Source: Fimbriosthenelais zetlandica
Lineage: Eukaryota
Direction: 5' to 3'
Assembly: GCA_977030845.1 (NCBI GenBank)
Contig: OZ365114.1
Location: 25,420,001 to 25,484,000 of the forward strand
Length of the DNA: 64,000 nucleotides
The position numbers and the translations under genes are program-made. Under the pieces are notes generated by a model. That model was not told the DNA's origin. It did no database searches and worked only from the letters and a program-made list of their open reading frames with translations. Shown here piece by piece: positions 38,801 to 51,300 of the stretch (positions within the stretch are counted from its first letter, which is position 1; each line of letters begins with the position of its first letter).

Positions 38801-40044
38801 GCCGTGACTTGTGTGGCATGAATCCATGTGATGGAGAGAATGTTCATCAATCAGAGTATTTTTCTAATGAAGACTTGTCGTTGGTCCACGAGGTGGCGTC
38901 CTCGTTACAGAGGGTGCTGGGTGAATTACGTGTCCCCTGGGTCACCTATATTGACTCCTAGAAATATAATGCTTCCTTATCCTATTATAATTATTGCCCC
39001 ACTCCCCCACTCCCCACCCTCTCAAAAAATATGTTATCAGTTTGTCATAATTTCCATTCATATATATGTAGGGTCTTCTAATATCATTTGAGGATAGAAT
39101 GCACTATGATAATGTGTGAGCATGTGTGTGTTACTAGGTTATACTAATTTTAAAGATCATTATTAGTAATTTATGGCACTGGAAATTGTACATTCGGTAG
39201 TAATATTTATGCAAACGTGCAATTTGTACAGTAGGCTACTCAGAACAAGGCGTAAGGATCATTTGGTGTGGAGAAAGTATAAGTTTTTATGTGACAGAGT
39301 ATTCGTTGTCCTTGTTCTGCTGGGTGACCCATGGGAGACAACGTCAGATTATGTATATAGATATATATCAACATCAATTTTGTACAAATGAAAATAAAAT
39401 GTTATTAATTTGATAAAAAAAAAAATCTTGACATTTTATTTTTACATTCGAGCTTGGGATGGATCTCTGGCAGGTTTATGTATAGAAATGATTTGCCTCA
39501 GTCCAGGCAGGTGAAACCAGTGCTGTAATTTAAAAGTAATTTTATTTTGGGGGAATATCCATGCCTCACTCCCAACCCTATATTAAATATTGCACCTGTC
39601 AGACACCAATCACTTGATCCTGAATCCATAATTTAATATCTGAAGAGCTTCAATATATTCAAATTATATGGCAGGTGCTGTGACCATCTTCCACTTGTAA
39701 TATTGATTTGTGTGGACAATGTTATGAAGTTTTTAAGACCATAAGACAGAAATGACTGTTTTCCTTCATTATCATAAATTAATGTTAATTTCCAATTAGC
39801 CTCGATTGGAAGATTCAAAATGTCAGAACCAAATGTATCATTGTGTTCCATGAGAATATTAGCGTGATTATATTGAATACATGTGATGAACTAGGGTAGG
39901 CCACACAGTCAAAATGATCCATCACTGCAAAAAATGATCAATACTGTGCCCAGGGTATAATTGCTGGATGTGTCTTCATAATCACAGGTGGACATGTTTC
40001 CTCTTGAGATTTGGAGTGGACATCAATAATTTCTGGATCTCCAC

Positions 40045-40054
40045 TATATATAAG
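40045..40054 (+). promoter_or_regulatory. TATA box of the protease gene
   Basis: TATATATAAG about 40 nt upstream of the signal-peptide ATG at 40086. Confidence 0.55.
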
Positions 40055-40085
40055 CCTTATTCTGAACCTAACAATGTGAACAATA

Positions 40086-43000
40086 ATGCATTGTCTTATT
40101 GTGTTTCTCGTGCTGGGCTCAGCACTGATCGTGGGTGAGTGATTTTATTATAAAAACATTTTATTACATTTACTCCTACTTTACTTATCTAATATTATCT
40201 AAGTGTGTGAATATCCTCGGTCATGAGCCAAATATTATATATCTTAGTGTTTATCATATAGTTGGTTAATTGAATTAAACTGAAACATCTCTTCAAATAT
40301 GACTTTAATTTAAAGCTGGAGTTCCACCGGGATGGCTTCATCACAAGACAAAGCCTGGAAAACCATGGAAAAACTGGAAGCCACACCACAATGTCTCTCA
40401 GCCTGAGGATGACGCATACCCTGGCAAACCCAACATAACCACCTCATCAGAAAATGGCACTGAAGACACGGACCCTTACGGCGGAAACAAATGGAAACAT
40501 CCAAAATGGCCAAAGCCTGAGAAACCTAGCCAAGCTTCCAATGACACAGATGATTCTACTAGTGGGGAAAATGAAGCCAACAAATGGAAACCTCCCAAGA
40601 AAAATAAGAAACATCCAAAATGGCCAAAACCTGATAAACCTAGTCAAGCTGCCATTGACAATGACACAGATGATTCTACAAGTGGAGGAAATGAAGCCAA
40701 CAAATGGAAACCGCCCAAGAAAGATAAGAAACATCCCAAATGGCCAAAACCTGAGAAACCTAACGAAGCTGCCAAGAACAATGGCACAGATGATTCTACT
40801 AGTGGAGAAAATGAAGCCAACAAATGGAAACCACCCAAGAAAGATAAGAAGAAACATCCAAAATGGCCAAAACCTGAGAAGCCTAGCCAAGCTGCCAATG
40901 ATACAGATAATTCTGAAAGTGGGGAAGATGAAGCTAACGATTGGAAACCACCCAAGAAAAATAAGAACAAACATCCAAAATGGCCAAAACCTGAGAAACC
41001 TAGCCAAGCTTCCAATGAAAATGACACAGATGATTCTACAAGTGGGGAAAATGAAGCCAACAAATGGAAACCATCCAAGAAAAATAAGAACAAACATTCA
41101 AATTTGCAAAAACCTGACAAAGCTGCTATTGACAGAGTCAAAGAACATGATAAATTGGTTGCTGTTAAAAGTAAAGAAGTCAACCGAAGAGAAAATAAAA
41201 ATATGGGTTCAGAAGAAGACATGAATGAAGGCAACGTCACCAAACAGTCGGAGGATCATTCTCCAGAACAGGTGAATGGGAGTGAAGAAGGGGACGACTC
41301 TTTGTGGGATCATGCATTTGGTCCACCAAAATCCTTAGATGATGTGGAAGAGGAAGGCAATGAATTAGGAGACAATGGTGAGTACAATTCTGTAACTTGC
41401 ATACTTCTAAGCTAGGCCTTTTATAGGATGTTAGAACTCAGTCATCTTTTGTCCATTACTATATGTGTGGTCATGAAAATGCAAAAATATTTCACATATC
41501 TCGTTTTATCTCTCTCTAATAGGTGGTCAGCAACTAATGAAACGCCATCATTATTCTTCACCGTGTTATTACGTCTATAAATATCAAAAATGTAAGTCAT
41601 CACAGAATACATTTTGAACATTATTCCATTTAATTTTTTCACAAAAACTTATATGAAATTTCTAAATGAACTATCGCCTATTTTTGCAGGCAGATTCTCG
41701 TACTACAAAAAGTACTCGCGTTGTTGTAANNNNNNNNNNNNNNNNNNNNNNNNNNNNNNNNNNNNNNNNNNNNNNNNNNNNNNNNNNNNNNNNNNNNNNN
41801 NNNNNNNNNNNNNNNNNNNNNNNNNNNNNNNNNNNNNNNNNNNNNNNNNNNNNNNNNNNNNNNNNNNNNNNNNNNCCTCCAGTACCACAGCGGGTGCCGC
41901 AGGTACCGGTATGTTATCCACCTTCATACTCTGACTAAATAAATTCCCACATTACCCATATGTAGCTTCTGAAACAATCTAAACCACCTATAACATGTTC
42001 TTCTAGGGAGGTGTGGAGAGACCAGGTCCTATCGTTCAGTATACGAGACCCTCGTAGACCGTATCGTTGGTGGTCAAGAAACCAAACCAAATAAGTACCC
42101 TTTTATGGCATCACTGCGGAGAAGTGATAGTAATGACTTTCAGTTTTGTGGAGGTTCCATAATAAGTGAGAGATGCATCTTGACTGCAGCGCATTGCATG
42201 AAGGACCAGGATGGCAGGTAACAAAGAATATCATAGGCCCATATATCCTCAAATCAATTTAAAATATGCAACAATGTTACAGAGGGGTACAGGTTGCTGG
42301 TAACAAGTTCTTGGTCTGACCTTATCTTCGTTCCAGAGATCTGAGAGCATCTCAAGTAAAAGTTGGCGTCGGTGAACATGACAAATCCAGAGGTACCATG
42401 AAGATGGATGTGGAACAAATAATCTGTCATAACAATTATGGTAAATTAATTTATCACTTTTTTCGTCCACCTTACAATGCAATTTATTTTTCTTGTAGTA
42501 ACAATATTCCACTATTTCCTCTTGCAGACTCAACGAGTTTCAATAATGACATTTGTATTCTGAAGTTGGCAAATTCTCTTAACTTCAATGACCCTAAAAT
42601 AGGAACAGTATGCTTGCCCGAGCAGGACCGAAAGCTCCCATCTGGTGAACGCTGCACTACAATTGGTTGGGGTAGAACACGTAAGTCTTTTTGATAGAAT
42701 CTGAGGGTTATATTTCCCTTTATATTCCAAGACCAGATAACACGGATCAAAGTTTAGGTTTTGATACAACTTTAATTATATTAATATAAGGATAAGAAAT
42801 GTCAGGAGGAAGCACTTTCAACTTTGTACAGGGTATAAAGGACCGGCTAGTGATATTCTCATGGAGGTAGATGTTCCTGTGTTAGACCCTAACACATGCG
42901 CCGACAAGTATAGAAGGTATAAATCATACGAAAAGGTGAGAAACATTCACATTTAATCAGACATCCATTTATTGAGTACCCAATAACGTACAAACCAAAC

Positions 43001-43487
43001 TTGTAAACAAATAAACTGAAAACAAGTTTACCCTCGAAATACATAGGCTAACCGCAATTGTATCAAAAAATCATTATCTTCTCTTATCAAACACAAACAG
43101 GAAAACATGATTTGTGCAGGTTCCGGTTCCGAAAAGAAGGATGGTTGCAATGTAAGTATACGTGTATTACTATATGCTAAAGTATGCAAAAAGTAAGTTA
43201 TTATAAATTGTGATCAATACTTTAATGGATTACAGCACATAAAGTAATTCAAACAAAAAGAAAAGATCTGATAACCATTTGAAAATGTTTAATTGTATAT
43301 ATGTTTGCTCCCTGGTAACCAGGGTGATTCAGGGGGCCCCCTGCTGTGTGATCCTGATAAAACCGGTTACCTGACCGTCTATGGTATCGTTTCTCATGGA
43401 GTGGGATGTGATGGTGACCCTCCAGGGGTCTATACAAACGCCGCCTCCTATGAGACATGGATACAGGGCAATTGTGGCGAGGTTTAA
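40086..43487 (+). CDS. Secreted trypsin-like serine protease (peptidase S1A) with N-terminal Lys/Trp/Pro-rich and acidic tandem-repeat region
   Basis: Exons 40086-40134, 40316-41377, 41690-41908 (spans the N gap), 42007-42217, 42337-42440, 42528-42680, 42832-42935, 43101-43151, 43323-43487; all phase-consistent. Signal peptide [17 protein letters not shown]; activation site R-IVGG (42063); TAAHC, NDI and KDGCN-GDSGGP give an intact His/Asp/Ser triad with Asp189. Confidence 0.92.
40490..41100 (+). repeat. Coding minisatellite, ~111-123 bp unit, about 5 copies plus a partial
   Basis: The unit encodes [14 protein letters not shown](S/A)[21 protein letters not shown](N/D)K. Confidence 0.95.
41730..41875. 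other. Assembly gap (146 N) inside protease exon 3
   Basis: Run of N; the flanking frames join in-frame if the gap length is right. Confidence 0.98.
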
Positions 43488-43651
43488 CCATGTTATGTAC
43501 AGTATGTACCAGCATGGTTTTGGATTTGGATTTCGCCAAGACAGACATATATCGGTACATGTAAAACCATGTAAAACGTGAACGGTGATCATGGTCCGAT
43601 CCTGAGCTCTCGACTTGGCATGACAGAGTTTACAAAGAATACCAGAAGTGC

Positions 43652-43657
43652 AATAAA
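43652..43657 (+). terminator. Candidate polyadenylation signal of the protease gene
   Basis: First AATAAA after the stop at 43487. Confidence 0.45.
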
Positions 43658-43727
43658 TTCGTAGCAAGCCTTTAGATACTGACAAGTTTCTTGTGTAGTA
43701 AATTCTTGGATATACGAAGGCAAGAGG

Positions 43728-44807
43728 CTATTTCCTGCGTAGTTGCTTCATGAAGGATATTTCCTTTTTATTTCTTATACCATACCTGAAATAGAACATA
43801 ATTAAATAAATATTTCTATTTAGTTAACAATGACATTTCAAAGTGATTAGATATATGTAATGATGTGAAAAGTAATAGAAATACATGTAATCCAGTCAGT
43901 ACCGGTAAGCCACATGCTTCGAATTGATCCAATAAAATAATTATTCTCAGTTACAACAGCACTTACTCTTTCAAAGGTTTATTGTTCTCCAGTAATTTCT
44001 GTCCTTCAAATATAAGGCAATATCTCTTCCAAATGTACCTCCTGGTATAAAAATAAAATCGCTGTACTATTAAATCGTTAAAAAATAAGGGGAAAATCTT
44101 TCAAGTTTTATCCAAATACATGTATGGTAATTTCTATAGTACATGTACCTACCAGCTAACTATCCCATCGTGACCTTGCCTCTCTAATTTCAGTTTCATA
44201 TGTCGTTGAATCGCGTTTTTCAAATCGAGAACGGTAGCACTGGACACAACTACAATAGCTGATAAATAAAAAACGAATTAAACGAAATTATTTCTATACA
44301 ATAATTCTCATATGAAATATATTCAATTATACCGGGACAATCAAATTCCTAAGCTTGATAAAGACTTATTTGAGTTATAAAGGCCAACTTACGTAGCACT
44401 ATGTCATCCTCCCTGCGTACAAAGACTGTCATGGCTTGGCCATATTCCAGGGCAATTTGGGAATTGACTTCTTCTAGGGTAACTGCATCAGGTAAGTCTT
44501 GTAATAGGGGGTCATCCTACAGAAAAAAATAAGCGAATTAATTTTTACATTTTCTCTTAGGTGTGTAGGATTTGGCGGGAACTCCAGGAATGTTAAATTT
44601 GAAAATATTGATTATTTTTTATACCTTCAGCAATGAAGAAATACCGTTTTGAAAAATTGCCATAGCTTCAATATGGGAGAGACCCACGTCACTGTCTACA
44701 TTGTCATTAGCATCGTCCTGTTTTCCGTTGCACTCTTCCTCTCCTGGCTCTATTTTAACTACCACTGCCTTATCATACTCAACTGTACTAGGATCATCCA
44801 TGTTCAT
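43728..44807 (-). CDS. SNRNP25: U11/U12 small nuclear ribonucleoprotein 25 kDa protein (ubiquitin-like fold), 181 aa
   Basis: Minus-strand exons 44807-44625, 44516-44393, 44258-44153, 44041-43967, 43785-43728; GT-AG and phase-consistent. Translation: ...MAIFQNGISSLLKDDPLLQDLPDAVTLEEVNSQIALEYGQAMTVFV...PIVVVSSATVLDLKNAIQRH...SWRYIWKRYCLIFEGQKL...EYGIRNKKEISFMKQLRRK*, matching the SNRNP25 signature VTLEEVNSQIALEYGQAMTV. A non-coding exon 1 donor lies at 44985 and the exon 2 acceptor at 44826. Confidence 0.92.
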
Positions 44808-44989
44808 AAGTTGTTATATTGCATACTGAAATTGAAAACGTATAGAAACATTTATGATATTTAATATATACAGTCCACAGTGCCAGTGGACTATGTCTAT
44901 GTCTATGCCGGCCCATGGCCATGATGGCATGAATGATTGAATCTGATGGACCGCTGATATTCCCAGCTTGATCCTGTCTACTTACCTCA

Positions 44990-45311
44990 GTTTATAAGGT
45001 TATTTTTTGCTTGCCGTGTTCAAGGACAACTTCTAGTTGCCGGGTGATGCCTCCATTATACTGATCAAGCCATTAATATCACAAAATCTTGATATAAACA
45101 GGTGCAGAAGTTTAAATCATGCTGCTCCAAATCACGACAATAACAACGAACCCATTTGCGGCTTGTCGTAAAACTACACAAAGTGCGCATGCGCCACCGG
45201 CTAGAGGATTCATGAGTTTGCGGGAAATTTGGACAATTTTACACGATTTGCTGTGATTGAAGAACATTTTTGACACCTGTCTTCCCGGCTTGCCTAGTAA
45301 ATAGCGTCAGG
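44990..45311. promoter_or_regulatory. Bidirectional promoter region SNRNP25/CAND1
   Basis: The two start codons are ~500 bp apart, head-to-head. Palindromic NRF1-type TGCGCATGCGC at 45184-45194 and E2F-type TTTGCGGGAAA at 45217-45227; locally CpG-rich. Confidence 0.7.
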
Positions 45312-48300
45312 ATGGCGAGCGTTTCATATCACATCGCTAATCTTCTGGAAAAGGTAGGATATTCCCTTTTGTCGGCATGTTTTGACGTTGTTCCGCCATC
45401 TTGTTTTCAACAACAGACACCGGTTCCTCTGCAGTGTCATCTTCATGCCCCTTAAGTATTTTAATGGATGACACACTGTGTTTATAGATACTGATTGCTT
45501 ATAAAATTAAAGAAGAGAAACGATTTTTTGTTGTTTGATCATTGATGGCGTTGTACCTAGGCTGACATTGCAGTATGAAGCATGTAAACTTGAGTCTAGG
45601 ACTAGGTCTCGACCACGGGTGACAGTGTCTGCTTTTTCTTACCTGGGGATTTTCTTCCACAGTCACTGTCCAGGGGTCTGTCAAAAGAGATCTGAAGTCT
45701 CAAACCCTTTGTGTATTGACCCATGTCCATATAGAATTACCACGTCCCCAGCCCTACATTAGTATTTAACATGGTTCAAGAAAGGGTAACGCCCCTGGAT
45801 AGGATCTGGATATTTCGAGCTGGATATTTTAATTAGCCTCCCCTAATATTAATAAATATGATATTGAGTAAATTGTCATTTCGTTACTACGTTAGATTTA
45901 GATATTAGATGTTGAAATTTCTTCGGGCTAGATTCTGACGTTTTAAACTTGTCATTAACTATTGCATACAATGTCAGTGCCTTATTTTAGAGTTGTTTAA
46001 AATCCTTCTTAAAATTAAACAAATGAATTAAAGTCTTCTAATCTTTGGGTTCATTTTAATATGGAAATATTGGGTTGAAGTAGGCCTAATTGCAACATAC
46101 GTTATTTCTATTCAGATGACCTCCAGTGACAAGGATTTCCGATTTATGGCAACAAATGATTTGATGATGGAACTCCAGAAGGACTCGATCAAATTGGACG
46201 ACGACAGTGAAAGAAAAGTGAGATTCCTATAGAGTCTACCTGCTTTTGTCTACTTGTAATACTGCAACCATGGCTTCAAATAGATCTTTTATAATAATAA
46301 TATTCACAGCTGAATATTCATGACTTTCCTCGAAGATCTTTTAATACACTCTTCTCTTTCAGTTCAGTATTGTTATTGCCGGTGGATTATTGGCCACTTT
46401 TACTCTGTTAATGATCGTTCCTAGCTTTATACTCCTGTGTTCTAACCCTGCACTAGTGATTGTGTCTGACCAGTGGGCAGTGGAGAGGATGGGATGTTAG
46501 ATTAGGTTGTTTTGTAGCTTCCAACTAAATTACCCGCACCCCAGTTTCCCACTCCCTAGCTTATGACCCCTTGTGAAACTTTCTATGTGAAAGCTAAGGC
46601 ATTCCCCGCGCCTCGACCCACCACTAGCTACCCCGGCAGTCTTAGTTTTTCCTGTACTAGCCCCAGGATGGCACTAGTCCCCACAAGACATCACTAGCCC
46701 CCCTCTGCGAACCAAACAATACTGCAACTTATTTCTGGTAAATCCCCACATAGCTAAAACCTTAATAGCCATATTAAGGTAAATTCCATCTTCATTTGAG
46801 GAAGAAAATGGCATCCAAAACATTGCTTTAAATTTGATACTGGGTTAAAAGTGTCATGGGTCCATTTCGGCTGCTCAAATGAAGACGAAAGGGGGAAGAA
46901 ACACGATTTTTGGGAGTAGCTTTTGTTGTCAATAACCAAAACAAGTAGCCAATTCTGTAGTCACCAAACCAATTATTTGTTCTTAATTGCCCACAAATGC
47001 GAACGGTAGCTGGAGCCCTGGAAACTTATAAAAATATCTGGTTTCATTTTTTATTTTTTTAAGTGTTTCTTATCTTTCCTAAAGCGTCGATAATTTTTTT
47101 TAGGTTGTGAAGATGCTTCTTAAACTACTGGAAGACAAAAACGGAGAGGTGCAGAACTTGGCCGTGAAGTGGTCAGTAACATTACTAAGCTTCTCATCTT
47201 TAAATATGTCACATCCTGTGAACAAATCTTACCAAAATTGAGCACAGAAAAAAGTTTAATGTCACCTTTTTTTGCCATCAGCTTGGGCCCTCTCGTGAAC
47301 AAGGTGAAGGAATTTCAGGTAGAGACCATTGTGGATACGCTGTGCAGCAATATGCTCTCAGACAAGGAACAACTCCGTGATATTTCTAGCATCGGTAAAT
47401 AGATATTTTCTTGTTTCTTCAATTTTCCACACCCGTTAAATGCAGTTAGTCACTTCTTCCTTCTCGCTAAATGTGGTACAATTCTGATTTCCTTTTAAAA
47501 GTGATTTCCCCTCTGTGATTCAGGAACTGATTTATTTCATGAAATATCATATGGTTTACAGGTTTGAAAACTGTGATCAGTGAATTGCCACCTGCGTCTA
47601 CCGCTCTGGCTGCCAGCATTTGTAAAAAGATAACAGGACGACTCACCTCAGCTATTGCCAAGGTTGGTATCTCTTATATAACTGAGAAGAAGCTTTTAGT
47701 TCTTCCTGAATTTAAAATGCAGTCAGCTTATTTTTCCTGCAATCTAATCAATCTTCACTTTTTCATCAGCAAGAAGATGTATCTGTTCAGCTGGAAGCCC
47801 TCGATATCCTTGGGGATTTGCTTAGCAGATTTGGAGGTAGGTATTCCCAATTAAATGCTTGATTTTGATAAGTAAAAAATCTGTGAATAAAATGCTTAAT
47901 TCTGACATCTTTCTAAATCCTTTCACTTGGATTTATTTGATTTCTATATGATATTAATTTGTCTTCCAGGACTACTGATCAGTTTCCACCCGTCTATTCA
48001 GTCGGCGCTGCTTCCCCAGCTGTCCAGCCCTAGACTGGCCGTGAGGAAGCGGTCCATTATAGCCATTAGTAAGTCATTATTAATAACGATCCCATCTTTT
48101 ATCAATCTCTCATATTAAATATCACAGTATTTGTTACATGTGTGGATATCGTATTTACAGGCCACCTGGTGTTAAGCTGTAATAACAGTCTGTTCCTGGA
48201 GCTGTCTGACTTCCTCCTGGGTGAGCTGGCTAAGAATGCCTCCACCTCCACCACCCGCACCTACATCCAGTGTATCGGCGCTATCACGTAAGTCTTCAGC

Positions 48301-51300
48301 TTAAATACAACCTGGTATCATTAAATCTGAGGCCTATAATTTAAATAGGTTATTGGTATAATTTCTATGAAATTGACTTAATTTCTTTAGACATTTGAAA
48401 TAATTGAATGTCTGTTTTGTGATTAGGCGGGCGGCCGGGCACCGTGTAGGAGAGCATCTAGAGAGGATCATACCTCTAGTTGTGGGCTTCTGTAAGGTAG
48501 AAGATGATGAACTCCGCGAGTACTGTCTCCAGGCCTTTGAATCGTTTGTCAGGAGATGTCCCAAGGAGATCTCCCCACATATCAACACGGTACGTCTTCT
48601 CTACTTCACATAATTAACTCATAATTAACTTACAGTACATACTAGTTGTTAGGAGTCTGCCTTATCTTTTTGCAACCAACTGAAAATGTTTTGAAAGGCT
48701 TTAGGTCTTGAAAATAAACTTAAAAGATCATAATTATGTCAATGATTGGTTGTCAATAATGTTGTGAGGTTTAACCTTGTTCGCTCTAGATTACTGGTAT
48801 ATGTCTGGAGTATATATGCTACGATCCCAACTATAACTACGACGATGACGAGGACGACGAATGTATGGACACTGAAGATGACGAAGAGGAAGGGTAAGTA
48901 ACTCATGATCATCCCTTTTTTATTTAAAATTAAATTGTATTCTTTATATTTTAACTTCAAGATACATACATATTATTTGTTTCGTGTGGAAAGTTTTCTC
49001 ACTCTAACTTATAATTTGAGTAATAATTTGAGGGGAATGTACTTGACCTTGTTTTATTTGTGACAGGGAGAGTGATGATGAGTACAGTGATGATGATGAT
49101 ATGAGTTGGAAGGTGCGGCGTGCCTCAGCTAAATGTCTGGATGCCATCATGGCCACCAGGCATGAGCTGCTCCAGCAGTTCTACACCACCGTCTCTCCTG
49201 CTCTCATAGGCCGCTTTAAAGGTTTGTCTCCCCTCCAACTTCATCACAATTTTTCATTTCAATTTCTCTCGGGGGCATATGTTTTAGGCCGCTTTAAAGG
49301 TCTGCACCATTTGCCAATTAATTTGCAATAATTTTGTATTTAAATTTGTCTCAGAGGAATAATGTTTTTCTTTACTTTTCCTCAATATAGAGCGTGAAGA
49401 GAACGTGAAAGCAGATATCTTCCACGCCTATGTAACCCTTCTAAAACAGACTAAACCTACACTCTCCAATGATCCCGATGCCATGGAACAGGAAGAAGGG
49501 TGAGCTATATCTGTTATGTATTACATAAGAGTATCATGTAAGATAATACAAGAACATTATATTTAACATCATACAAGAAGTTTAACAAATTAAACCGGCG
49601 GCCGTCTATTAAAATTTCTATTTTGGCTGGTTGAAAAAATTGCCAATTTCTTGCACTACTATATGATAGTAATATATAAGATTATGCAAGAGTATTATAT
49701 AATAATTTAATTTTTTAATTTGATTAATTTTGAAGGCCGGTGTCGGAACTTCAAGCCCAGATCCCGCTCATAGTGCGAGCCGTACACAAGCAGTTAAAGG
49801 AGAAGAGCATTAAGACCCGGCAGGGGTGCTTCCTACTCCTCACTGAGCTGGTGCAGGTACTCCCTGGTGCTCTCACCGACCATATCCCAGCACTCGTCCC
49901 CGGCATTCAGTTCTCTCTGGGGTATGTTCTTTCATAATTTACTCATGTATAAGCCACTTAGGTAATTTTGAATTTTGTCGGATTGTCTCTCCAATACATG
50001 GTATTCATCTATATCGACATTTCGAGCAATATTAATAACATACTTGAATTTTCTTTTAATTTTTGAGATGCGTAACGCATTATTTTATTATTTTTTTGTA
50101 GTGATAAGAATTCCAGCAGCAACATGAAGATCGACACCCTGGCTTTTGTCAATTGTTTGCTTGTCCACCACAGTCCCTCAGTGTTCCACCCTCATATTGC
50201 CGTCCTTGTTCCGGTCAGTTCACATTACCTTCATCTTTTACTACATTTTACAAATTTGATCTCTAAAATTAGAATTATTTGCGGCAGCAGATTGTTTATT
50301 TATATTGTATTTTATTTGCTCAGCCTGTGGTGGCAGCAGTGGGCGATCCTTTCTACAAGATCACGTCTGAAGCTCTGCTCGTCACGCAGCAACTTGTGAA
50401 GGTCATCAGGCCACTTGGTAAGTAACACATAGACCCCAGTGCTCAATTAATTTATAAAAAAAATTAATGAATTTATTCACTATATTCAGTGTATTCTTAT
50501 CTATATTAACTACTTTCTTGCTATTGATTGCCTTGTGTATCAAATAACCATAATTGTTATGTTTAATAATAATGTATTGTGAATTTCAGACACTCATGGA
50601 AGCTTTGACCACAGGCCTTACGTGTCTGACATTTACCAGTGTACGCTGCGTCGCCTGAAAGCTGCAGACATCGATCAAGAAGTGAAGGAACGCGCCATCG
50701 CCTGCATGTAAGTCGGCTCACCATATTCCCACATTAATATACACAACTATCTTTGAGAATAAAAAATATTATTAATAAAGGAGTGACTATTTAATCGCAA
50801 ACATCTTTTTTTTAATTAAAAAAAATAAATTTTAATATCTTTACAGGGGACAGATCATATGTAACATGGGGGACAGTTTGAACTCCGAGCTCCAGCACTG
50901 TTTGCCCATCTTCCTGGACCGTCTGAAGAATGAGATCACACGCCTGACCACTGTCAAAGCTCTCACTATGGTGGCCGGCTCTCCGCTCAAGATTGACCTC
51001 AGACTCATCCTTGTAAGTACTCCTCACTCATTTTATTATAGCGATTAACTTCCTTTCATTGTTTTCCCCAAATTTATCATTGTCCTTCTCCACCCAGTAC
51101 TGCTAACTGCGATATCAAAGGTCAGCCATGTCTCCCACCGTCTATATCGTGAGAGGCATGTAAAAGATTAAAGAATCATTGCTGCACTGCAGTGCACTTC
51201 GAGAACAGTAATCCATTGTGTGCCGACAGCGTCCTTCCTCTCGTCCAAAGATTACTGGAAATTTACTGACTGAACATTAAACGATATACAACAAAGCTGT

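Noticed and set aside
38728-38961. 77-aa plus-strand ORF
   Set aside because: No splice partners. The opposite strand weakly resembles a Gypsy RT start, so it is likely a TE remnant.
40447-41097. 216-aa hydrophobic repetitive ORF on the minus strand (and 199-aa ORF 40644-41243)
   Set aside because: Antisense shadow of the A-rich coding repeat; no supporting gene context. The plus-strand frame is spliced to a signal peptide and a protease domain.
40454-41224. 256-aa plus-strand repeat ORF (MALKTRT...) in the ORF track
   Set aside because: Off-frame reading of protease exon 2. Splice phases on both sides select the KWPKPEKP frame.
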